Part shown: positions 53,834-62,021 of the stretch, piece after piece
How the letters are laid out: every line of letters starts with the position of its first letter
How positions within the stretch are numbered: the stretch's first letter is position 1
Virus record (IMG/VR): IMGVR_UViG_3300021964_000060
Coordinates: 1-62,021 of that record
Strand: one strand, 5' to 3'
Length of the DNA stretch: 62,021 bases
From: a virus
Lineage: Duplodnaviria; Caudoviricetes
The notes under the pieces: generated by a model
The model's database searches: none
The model's input: only the letters and a program-made list of their open reading frames with translations
Told to the model about the DNA's origin: nothing
Position numbers and translations under genes: made by a program

Positions 53834-56026
53834 CTATACAATATTAATCGTATTACCCATACCGCTATGAGTCACACACTGGTAATACAACGTTGCTGGC
53901 GCAGACATTGGAACAGTAAACTTAATTAATCCTGTTGATGCTCCGTTGTTTGTAACACCTACGCTATATGCTGCACCTCCAGAAGCAACACGAATTTCAA
54001 AAGGATGAGACCCACCTGAATTATTTTCAAATATATATGTTTCACCTCTACGTAAATATAAAACTGGATCATTTTCCGTAGTTGGGAACCAAGCATTTTT
54101 ACTATCACTAAATGTAAAATCAGATGTTCCGTTAGCGCCTAATACAAATACATGTGTTGTACTACTTGCACCCCAACCTGCTGAGCTATAGGATTCTATT
54201 CTTTCATATTCATTATTATAAATCATGTCCCCTAAAGTTGGGGCAAGACCATTTCTTTCTGTGGTTGTAAATGAACCCAATCTAATTGGAGCACCCACTA
54301 CTACAACAGCGTTACCTGCTTCTAAATTAAGATTTTGTGAAGCAACAATTTCTGTATCACCTGTTCCGCCTGTTGTTATTCCTGTACAAGTGATAGCGCC
54401 AACAGAGATATTATTTGTTGTTGTTCCGCCTCTTGTTGTAACAGCATCTAATGTATCTGTTTCAAGGTATGATGTTAAATATCCTGCTGATGAGTGGTCA
54501 CCCCAACCATATGCAGTATCCCAGTTGCCAACTTTAGCGTCAGTAATAACATTTGTACCCATGTCAATTTCGTTGCCGTTGGCATCAAGTGTACCACCCA
54601 ACTGTGGAGTAGTATCATTAACCACATCACTAATTGCATTTGCAGGAATCCAGTTTGCACCATTCCAAGATAAAACTTGACCGTTTGTTGGTGCTGCAGA
54701 TGTTGTATCAACATCTAATAAATCATCAATGTAAGCAACATTAGATGAGCCTGCTGTTCCTGTCTGGACGTTAACAGTCGGTGTCGATCCGTAAATTATA
54801 AATGTAAATGGACTGAATGAACTTGGTGTACGGCTTTGTGTATCATCATAAAACTCTGCCGTAAACCCGGTTGTTGTTTTGTTTGTTATACCAACAAAGT
54901 AATTGTCAAATGTTTCACTGTCTGTGATAATAGAATAGTTTGCATCAGGTTGTGCGCTATCAAAAGTAAAATCCAGTGTTGCATTTCCACTGTTCCAACT
55001 GCCCCAACTGATACCCGTGCCTGTACCGTCAGCAGTATCATCTACAAATCCAAATGCAATTGGAGCAATAATAGATGTTTGTCCTCCGCCTGGAACAAAT
55101 TCGTTTGCATTAGCGTCCCAAACGAGAGCTTGACCGTCCGTAGGAGCGACTGAAGAAATATCAACATCAGAAAGGTCATTAATAGATCCAACAGACGAAC
55201 TTGTACCCCATTCTAATTGTCCTGTTGTCCCATTCGCTATTTTTAATACTGTACCTGTTGCACCTTTTGTAGAAGGCCATATAACATCCGCAACAGTAAT
55301 TACGCCACCAGCAGCTGTGTTTGCTACAATGTTTAATTGACCGCCACCGGAAGACAAAATTAGTCCACCCGTGGTATCATTATCTGAATCACCTGCTATA
55401 GTAACTTGACCTTGACTCGATAATGTAACTTGTGATTGAGCAGTTAATTGTAAAACACCTGCAGATCCTAAAACTTGAATAGCGAAATTATCATCTTCAG
55501 GAGCAACAATATCATTACCGTTTGTGTCTAAGTTTGCTCCTAACTGCGGTGTAGAATCATTTACTAACTCAGCAGAAACTCCGCTAAGTGCTGTTTGAAT
55601 AGAAGTATTGACAAAACTTTCTGTTGCATATCCTGTTAAGTCAACTGATAACCCAGACAAGTCAACTGTATTACCGTCACTAATTGTTAATTCATTTGTA
55701 CCAGAATTGAAAGTAAGTGTTTGAGAATCGCTATCAGTTAGTAAGCCTATTGATGTATCAATATCTGCTTGTGTAACATAGTTGTTTGCTATTGTATCAA
55801 CCGTAGCGCTAAGCGCATTGACAGTACCTGGCAATGTAACTAGAGGCGCTACATTAGCAGATAACTGTTGCAGCGTTGCATCAAGTGTGACGATATCAGC
55901 TTGTGCTACGCTAATATCATCATAAACCTCTATGAAGTTAGCATTTATTTTTGAACCTGCCGCTCTAACTGAATCTCCCAATCCATCATTAGGTGCATTT
56001 CCTGTTTCTATGACTTGTCTTGCCAT
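53834..56026 (-). CDS. Baseplate-anchored fibre with gp9/gp10-like N-terminus and C-terminal cupredoxin-like domain (730 aa)
   Basis: QVIETGNAPNDGLGDSVRAAGSKINANFIEVY resembles the T4 gp9/gp10 N-terminal motif. Duplicated ND.TPQLG..LD.NG and DL.DVD....PT.GQ.L.W repeats; HPF...LYYQCVTHSGMG at the C-terminus. Confidence 0.8.
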   Translation of the reverse strand: MARQVIETGNAPNDGLGDSVRAAGSKINANFIEVYDDISVAQADIVTLDATLQQLSANVAPLVTLPGTVNALSATVDTIANNYVTQADIDTSIGLLTDSDSQTLTFNSGTNELTISDGNTVDLSGLSVDLTGYATESFVNTSIQTALSGVSAELVNDSTPQLGANLDTNGNDIVAPEDDNFAIQVLGSAGVLQLTAQSQVTLSSQGQVTIAGDSDNDTTGGLILSSGGGQLNIVANTAAGGVITVADVIWPSTKGATGTVLKIANGTTGQLEWGTSSSVGSINDLSDVDISSVAPTDGQALVWDANANEFVPGGGQTSIIAPIAFGFVDDTADGTGTGISWGSWNSGNATLDFTFDSAQPDANYSIITDSETFDNYFVGITNKTTTGFTAEFYDDTQSRTPSSFSPFTFIIYGSTPTVNVQTGTAGSSNVAYIDDLLDVDTTSAAPTNGQVLSWNGANWIPANAISDVVNDTTPQLGGTLDANGNEIDMGTNVITDAKVGNWDTAYGWGDHSSAGYLTSYLETDTLDAVTTRGGTTTNNISVGAITCTGITTGGTGDTEIVASQNLNLEAGNAVVVVGAPIRLGSFTTTERNGLAPTLGDMIYNNEYERIESYSSAGWGASSTTHVFVLGANGTSDFTFSDSKNAWFPTTENDPVLYLRRGETYIFENNSGGSHPFEIRVASGGAAYSVGVTNNGASTGLIKFTVPMSAPATLYYQCVTHSGMGNTINIV

Positions 56027-56029
56027 TTC

Positions 56030-58432
56030 TTATTCCCTATCAAATGTGATACTGTCGTTATCGAAAGTCAATAATTCTTCATCAAATGTATCTAAGTTGT
56101 AATCTTGTCCTATTGCCAGCGGAACCGAATTATCGAAAAATGGTAATTCAATTCCTGTAGTTGCGTCAAAGTTAACAATTACTGCATTAAGTATTTCACC
56201 TTGCTCAGTTGTAATTGTTACACCATTTTCATCTTCTTGCTCAACTCTTAACGGCAATTCAGCAAACGTATATGACTCAATGGCTACATCCGCATTAGGT
56301 CTTGTATTATTAATTGTATTTATCAAAGGACTGCTAAACATTTTTGTCCCAGCAACATGAACAGTGTCCTTTACGATATTTTCATATTTTGAAGGATCTA
56401 ATAAAGATGAAATATCGTATGAATACTCTTGATAATAATTATTATCTTGAATATATTTACCTGGATCATTTAAATGAGAAGTTGTTGTAAACCATTGTCC
56501 GTTTGTTTCACCCATGCCCCCAACAGAAAGTTCAGCAAATGCTACTGTTTCACCTGATTCTTGATTTACAAGAGCAACCTTTTCTTTGTCTCTGTATTTA
56601 AACCCGGACTGCAAAACATTAATTCTACGAATTTGACCAATAAGTAATTCTGAATTACCTCTAATATCAGCGTTATAACCCATAGGTCTTGAATTTAAAT
56701 CCTCACCAACATCTTCAATTACAAGTTCCCTTCCCCTAAACTCAACTTCTCCTCTTTTTGGCTGAAAGAAAGTAATAGGTCTAAAATAGAATATACTTCC
56801 TTCACGTCTTAAGAATGTTGCCTTTGCATCATAAGGTCTAAACCCTGTAGGGAAGGCATCTGTATTATAAGTTAAATCTTCAATTTCAATTCTTTGTGTT
56901 AATACATCACCTGCCTGAATAATAAAATCACTTCTATCGAATCTAATGGCTAAATCTCTATAATCATATTCAATTAAATCTGGAAACCTTAAAATAGTTC
57001 TAACGTTATTTACATAATCTGTTCCAGTGTCTAATACTCTCAATCTTCGAACACTGCCAATTTCATATGTAGTAGGTGTAAACGCATCTTTTATTTGCGT
57101 ATTAATATTCTCTAGACCCGGACCTGACATTCCATAGTTTTGCGAGTCTAGCCTTACGCTCAGAAAATCTTCAATCTTATCTGTAATAACACTAATCTCT
57201 TCTTGATTAGAAAAGACACCTATATCAAAAAGAGCAGTATCGTTATATTCCGCATGTCCATCAACTTGTATTCTTAATCCATCATTTAATGTGACAGTTG
57301 TTGACCCCTGTGTTGGATAAGGAACAAATGCCGTATTTCCAATGGCGACAAAAGCTCCGTTTGCAGGCGATACATTGTTAGGCGGTTCAACATCTAAGTA
57401 AACAATAGGATGTTCATATGCGACAACAGTTCCTCTTCCACTAAATACGTTATTACTGTCCGCATCTGATAATGGGTTTTCCGGATCTCTTGTGAATATC
57501 TCTTCTGACTCTGCTGTTAAGACGTCAAACGGTTCTATGTTATACGCTGTGTTACCACTTAGAATTAATACCTGTGTCGAAATAATAAGTTCGTTTTGTG
57601 TTTTATCGACAGAAAATCCAAAACCACCATCTGCAATTTCCCATTCAATAATACCTGATGGTTTAAGAGATACATCTTCAACAACAGCAGTCGCATCTAC
57701 CCCAAAGGCATCAGATATAAGATTTAACCTATCGCCCACTTTATTGTTAGGTCTGGAACCTTCTCTTAATATTGTGGTGCCTTGTATTGATCCATAAATT
57801 AGAGGACCCGGATAAGAAACAACCCCATCTCTTTCCCGTATAATCCCGTCATCAGCTAAGAAGGAACCGAATACGTTTGAAACATATCCTACGGGAACAA
57901 TTGCGCCATTAATATTATAAAATACAATATCATCAATATATGCATATGCCTTTGATAAATCTCCTCTAATAACATCACCTTTTGATAGAGGAAATTCATC
58001 AACTGTTGAAACAGATTTGAATTCTATAAATTTAGTAGATACAAATTTAGAATCTGATATTTTTAATATTGCATTTGATGGATAAAATAATTCAACCTCT
58101 TCTTTAAAAAACATATTAAAGAGAAGTTCGACCGATTCAGGTGTTCCTTTTCTAGTATATAAATCAGCGATATGCTTTACAATAAATCTTAAGTCATCAA
58201 AAGAAGTATTTACAAAAGGTAAATCTTTTAAAAACTTTCTTTTATAATATATTAAAAACTGATTAAAGGTAGTATCAATATCACACAGTTCAGAAAAGTT
58301 TCTATGGGTTTGATTATCTAAAAACTCATAATACGCTTTAGTAAACTCGACAAAGAGTTTACCATCTTCCCTATAAAACTCCGGGAACTGGTCAGGTATA
58401 AATGGAGCTATGGAAGGTGCAGCATATCTCAT
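56030..58432 (-). CDS. gp7: Baseplate wedge initiator gp7-like
   Basis: QFPEFYRE...FVEF.KAYYEFL, IADLYTRKGTPES..LLF, IQDNNYYQEYSY and HVAGTKMF motifs; follows gp6. Confidence 0.8.
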   Translation of the reverse strand: MRYAAPSIAPFIPDQFPEFYREDGKLFVEFTKAYYEFLDNQTHRNFSELCDIDTTFNQFLIYYKRKFLKDLPFVNTSFDDLRFIVKHIADLYTRKGTPESVELLFNMFFKEEVELFYPSNAILKISDSKFVSTKFIEFKSVSTVDEFPLSKGDVIRGDLSKAYAYIDDIVFYNINGAIVPVGYVSNVFGSFLADDGIIRERDGVVSYPGPLIYGSIQGTTILREGSRPNNKVGDRLNLISDAFGVDATAVVEDVSLKPSGIIEWEIADGGFGFSVDKTQNELIISTQVLILSGNTAYNIEPFDVLTAESEEIFTRDPENPLSDADSNNVFSGRGTVVAYEHPIVYLDVEPPNNVSPANGAFVAIGNTAFVPYPTQGSTTVTLNDGLRIQVDGHAEYNDTALFDIGVFSNQEEISVITDKIEDFLSVRLDSQNYGMSGPGLENINTQIKDAFTPTTYEIGSVRRLRVLDTGTDYVNNVRTILRFPDLIEYDYRDLAIRFDRSDFIIQAGDVLTQRIEIEDLTYNTDAFPTGFRPYDAKATFLRREGSIFYFRPITFFQPKRGEVEFRGRELVIEDVGEDLNSRPMGYNADIRGNSELLIGQIRRINVLQSGFKYRDKEKVALVNQESGETVAFAELSVGGMGETNGQWFTTTSHLNDPGKYIQDNNYYQEYSYDISSLLDPSKYENIVKDTVHVAGTKMFSSPLINTINNTRPNADVAIESYTFAELPLRVEQEDENGVTITTEQGEILNAVIVNFDATTGIELPFFDNSVPLAIGQDYNLDTFDEELLTFDNDSITFDRE

Positions 58433-60180
58433 CTAGAAGCCTTTATATTTACAACTACATCTTGCTGTCTGATCTTAACGATTCTATCTTTTGTTCCCAC
58501 AACATCAGAATCTTCTGTGTGTGCAATAATGCAAATAGCACTTCCCGTAAATGATTGAACACTTATGTCTTTAAGAGATACAATACCTCTTGTATAATCT
58601 ACGCTGCCAAGTTTCTTTTTAAATATTTCTCTATTATTTGTATTTGATGTAATGGCTACAATCTCACCTGCACCATCATCTTGCAATGTTACTGCTTGAC
58701 CGTCTAATACAAATTGAGAAGAAACAAACGATGGTTTGAAATCTGTTAACCCAATACTATCATTATAAGGATATGGTTTTATTAGAGGTGTTGCAAAAAC
58801 AAAAGAAGGACTTTCGACTGTTCCTAAAGACGGAACCCACTCAATAACAGGCTGTGAAACAATCGATACTGAATCAACTGATGGATCAGATGTTAAGAGT
58901 TTAGATTCAAGAGCAGATGTGATTAGGCCAACATTAAAATCATCTAGATTATCAGACGAATAGTCACTAATATTTTGTCTAATAATATCTTCTAATTGAC
59001 CAACCGATAATAATATATCATTTTTGTTGTACTTAACATTAACATTAAGATCTGCATATAAAAATTTAGCTGATCTTAGAATTGGTTCAATCGAAATAGG
59101 TGCTTTGGATTTAATAAAATCTTTAAACTGTTCCAATTCAGATAATGATGCACCATCCCGTCCTTGCACATCCACAACAATGATAACACGACCGAACTGT
59201 GGAGGCTCATCATCCTCTCCGCCGAACACGGAAATTGATTGTATTTGTGGATATCTTTGTCTTAATAATATCTCATAATCTTTACTTGTTACTGCTCTTT
59301 CTTGTACCTGAAATGCTGCAGGAGCAAATCTACGAATTGATTCGGTTGTTTCATATTCTGTTCCGCCAGCACTACAACCTTGAGGTATCACCGTTATTGA
59401 TTGTGCACCATATCTTAATGCATCAATAGTGTATGAGTTGACTCCGTTGCCATCAACTCCAGATGATATTCTATATCTTACAGTTATTCTATCTGTATTC
59501 GTTGGCTGTAATCCAAAAATGTTTTCACCAAATTGAATAGAATACTTATTGTTAAGTTCTGGCTGAATATAGAAAACCGCATCATCTGTATCCACGCCAA
59601 ATATATTTGACTTGTATTGATACTCAACACCATTAACAAATACTTGCAAAGAGCTTGTATCTATAAAACTATTATTAATAATTGTATTATTATAAGGAAG
59701 GACTTCGTCAAATAGACGACCTTCATATACTTCAACACCTTCAACTTCAAATAAAGTTCCGCTAACACGAGAGGCGGCGTATGCTCTATCAGTTATAAAT
59801 TCATATGTAATATTTCCACATCGTCCTAAGAAGATAGAAAACTTAGGAAGTATGTATGTATTAGATTGTTGATTACTTCTAATTTGTAAATTAACAGTAC
59901 CTTTAGATGATCTTCTAGATCTAGGAATATAATTTAATTCTTTAGCGTGACTAACAACTGAATTTTTTAATTGAGCCGAATCTAAAAACATTTCACCAAT
60001 AGACATATTATAATATTGTAATGTGTTATACGTATTATATGCCAATAAATCGACTAACACAGATATATTAGATCCGTCAAAATCATAATCTTTAAATCGA
60101 TTTTGATTTTTTAGGAACTCAACTAAATTAGATTTAACATCAAAGAAATCTACTTTACTATAAGGGGCTATTTTCGCCAT
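58429..60180 (-). CDS. gp6: Baseplate wedge subunit gp6
   Basis: DFFDVKSNL..FLKNQ..FKDYDFDGS.ISVL.DLLAYNT...EMFLDSAQL..SVVSHAKELNY.P.S, Q.RAVT..DY and FGGE...PPQFGRV. Confidence 0.95.
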   Translation of the reverse strand: MAKIAPYSKVDFFDVKSNLVEFLKNQNRFKDYDFDGSNISVLVDLLAYNTYNTLQYYNMSIGEMFLDSAQLKNSVVSHAKELNYIPRSRRSSKGTVNLQIRSNQQSNTYILPKFSIFLGRCGNITYEFITDRAYAASRVSGTLFEVEGVEVYEGRLFDEVLPYNNTIINNSFIDTSSLQVFVNGVEYQYKSNIFGVDTDDAVFYIQPELNNKYSIQFGENIFGLQPTNTDRITVRYRISSGVDGNGVNSYTIDALRYGAQSITVIPQGCSAGGTEYETTESIRRFAPAAFQVQERAVTSKDYEILLRQRYPQIQSISVFGGEDDEPPQFGRVIIVVDVQGRDGASLSELEQFKDFIKSKAPISIEPILRSAKFLYADLNVNVKYNKNDILLSVGQLEDIIRQNISDYSSDNLDDFNVGLITSALESKLLTSDPSVDSVSIVSQPVIEWVPSLGTVESPSFVFATPLIKPYPYNDSIGLTDFKPSFVSSQFVLDGQAVTLQDDGAGEIVAITSNTNNREIFKKKLGSVDYTRGIVSLKDISVQSFTGSAICIIAHTEDSDVVGTKDRIVKIRQQDVVVNIKASR

Positions 60181-60181
60181 T

Positions 60182-60586
60182 CTATCTTACCCTATCTAAA
60201 ACAATATTGAACGAAACAGGTTCAACAGTATTTATGAGTGTGAAAACAATTGTTATTGCTAACTCATTTGAATCAGCTGCTCCAGTCACATCAACTCCGA
60301 TTAGATTACATCTGGGTTCATATGCCTCGATAGTAGCTTTTACTGTTGACTTAATTAATTCAATAGTTTGTGGTGTTATGTTTTCAAACAAAAGTTGTCT
60401 AACGTCACAACCCAAGTCAGGTTGAAACGGTCTTTCGCCACGGTTAGTTAAAACAAGGTTACGTATAGACTCTTTGATTGATTCTTCATTGACCTTACGT
60501 GCCAACATTCCCTTTCCTGGAACCAAAGAAAGGTCTCTGTGAAAATCAGATGATATGACTTGTTTAGTAGTATCCGGAGAAGGCAT
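60182..60586 (-). CDS. gp25: Baseplate wedge subunit gp25
   Basis: NEESIKESIRNLVLTNRGERPFQPDLGC.V..LLFE...YEPR; immediately precedes gp6. Confidence 0.95.
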   Translation of the reverse strand: MPSPDTTKQVISSDFHRDLSLVPGKGMLARKVNEESIKESIRNLVLTNRGERPFQPDLGCDVRQLLFENITPQTIELIKSTVKATIEAYEPRCNLIGVDVTGAADSNELAITIVFTLINTVEPVSFNIVLDRVR

Positions 60587-60603
60587 ACGTGTTCCTTTTT
60601 ATA

Positions 60604-60611
60604 TATTTATG
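60604..60611 (-). promoter_or_regulatory. Late-promoter variant CATAAATA upstream of gp25
   Basis: tatttatg at 60604-60611, intergenic, followed on the minus strand by an AAGGA ribosome-binding site and the gp25 ATG. Confidence 0.6.
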
Positions 60612-60613
60612 TT

Positions 60614-62021
60614 CTATCCAACAGTAGCGTACTGTGATAAGTTAGTAATTCGAGAAGATCTTATTTGCTCAACAGGTAGGTTACCTGATGCAAGAATCCA
60701 CTCGCTCTTTTGATGCTTTTCAAGAGCCGCTTCTATATATGTTGTTGCGAAGAATGAACCAATAGAACCCGGGAATGAGGCTTTTATCTTTCCGGTGTCT
60801 GCTAGTATAACTTGATTGAATCCTTCAACATGTATCTCTGAGAATCCAGCTCTTGATGCTGCAATAATTAAATACAAAATAGAATTTTCTCCATTTGTTA
60901 CTATTGCAACTGCTCTTCCTGTTGATAGATGTGGATGATTTGGATTGAATCCGTCCGATACAATTTGTGTATATCCAATCTGTTCATAAACTCTTAACAG
61001 TTTAACCCACACGGAATCATTAACATCTTGCCAACCTGGACCTTGATTGTTTGTTTCAACTCCGTCTTTTCTAGTTGTGACTTCAAATATAGGTCCTGCA
61101 AAAACAATCTTTGGTGGACAACCTGTAGAGAATGGTCGTTGTAATTTCTGTACATCATTAATTTCATTGGGTGTAAAATCTGTCAGCGCAGTGTATGGTT
61201 TTATTTCAACTGTATCAAACCAATTGACTGTACCTGCATTAAATTGTTGTATACCTTCTGAAAAAGCAAGTCCTGCGTTTTCAATGACTTGGTCAACAAC
61301 AGAAGAAGGATCTGAACCATATAATGGATGCTGTGTAACACCTAATGATTGTCTTTCATTTTGTGTTGAAATTTTTTGTCTTGCTGTTGCTTCATTCTCT
61401 CTTGCAATCCTAACAATTGCTTGAGGAGATTGTGCTGCACTATTCATTGCAAGAGCTGCTTCACGTCTTGCTGTTCTCTTTTCCTGGTCATCAAATCTTA
61501 AAGCGTTTGCGGATACGGCTTCTTTTCTTCTTATGTTTGAAACATTTGCAAGAACAATTTGTGATCTTACCATACCTTCTGCAAATTTCTGCAAACCATC
61601 AACTGGATTTTTCATAAACGCTTGAAGTGCATTTGTTAATTGACAGAAGCGATACATCAACATTCCGATAATCCATGGATCTAAACTTTCGAAAGCAGAG
61701 GCTGCTGCTGTAATCATCCTTTCAATATACTGCTTTAACGAATCCATATTATCATTAGAAAAGAATTCTTTTACATCATTCACACGGCGCTTGATTGCTT
61801 GTGAGATTGCAGCTGCTCCTTCTTCGATGTCTGCCACAACTTGCTTTAGACCTTCTTCAATAGATTCAACAGCTTGTAAAAATGCTTTTGCAAGGTTCTC
61901 AATTGTTTTAATAATGGAATTAATTACATTAATGATAGGACCAAACACTGCTTGTAATATTCCCGCAATAATATCTTCTGGATTTGCATTTTGTAAATCA
62001 TTAACAAAAGATGCAATCTGC
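60614..62021 (-). CDS. 5'-partial baseplate-region protein: helical N-terminal part, C-terminal degenerate peptidase M15-like domain
   Basis: The frame stays open from 61948 to the window edge, so the true start is outside the window. C-terminal IVSDGF...HLSTGRAVAI...LIIAASRAGFSEIHV...ILADTG resembles M15A. Confidence 0.65.
   Translation of the reverse strand, partial: QIASFVNDLQNANPEDIIAGILQAVFGPIINVINSIIKTIENLAKAFLQAVESIEEGLKQVVADIEEGAAAISQAIKRRVNDVKEFFSNDNMDSLKQYIERMITAAASAFESLDPWIIGMLMYRFCQLTNALQAFMKNPVDGLQKFAEGMVRSQIVLANVSNIRRKEAVSANALRFDDQEKRTARREAALAMNSAAQSPQAIVRIARENEATARQKISTQNERQSLGVTQHPLYGSDPSSVVDQVIENAGLAFSEGIQQFNAGTVNWFDTVEIKPYTALTDFTPNEINDVQKLQRPFSTGCPPKIVFAGPIFEVTTRKDGVETNNQGPGWQDVNDSVWVKLLRVYEQIGYTQIVSDGFNPNHPHLSTGRAVAIVTNGENSILYLIIAASRAGFSEIHVEGFNQVILADTGKIKASFPGSIGSFFATTYIEAALEKHQKSEWILASGNLPVEQIRSSRITNLSQYATVG

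Noticed and set aside
1019-61617. Numerous 60-180 aa ORFs nested in or antisense to the long genes
   Set aside because: Fully contained in well-supported CDSs, with no recognisable motifs; treated as shadow ORFs.
1-62021. Assignment of a cyanobacterial or SAR11 host
   Set aside because: The gene order fits marine T4-like phages generally, but no host-diagnostic gene is present. The phycobiliprotein-like motif alone is not sufficient.

Overview
An AT-rich, almost entirely minus-strand virion morphogenesis region of a large T4-like myophage. Gene order and the VrlC/DUF4815 gene resemble marine T4-like phages, but the host cannot be determined from this window. In transcription order (right to left): a 5'-truncated gene with a degenerate M15-peptidase-like end, gp25, gp6, gp7, a gp9/gp10-like fibre, an intact subtilisin (S8) protease, gp8, VrlC-like protein, about 42 kb of fibre/adhesin/tailspike-like genes, then neck gp13, gp14 and a 3'-truncated gp15. 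T4 late-promoter boxes (TATAAATA and the variant CATAAATA) punctuate the region. The main observations are: (1) three helical inserts in two fibre-cluster proteins with a phycobiliprotein-like C-x-R-D chromophore motif; (2) two cupredoxin-like domains with a complete H..C-x2-H-x2-M copper ligand set; (3) a 12-bp palindrome that forms two back-to-back late promoters, one driving the only plus-strand gene; (4) an unlisted 33-aa microprotein sharing only the N-terminal motif of its Gly-rich neighbours; (5) a palindrome-rich leader upstream of a gp37-like gene; (6) an LRR/FG-GAP protein in a paralogous cassette. No tRNA, rRNA, CRISPR array, integrase, reverse transcriptase or transposase was seen. 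All family assignments come from motifs recognised by eye, not from database searches.
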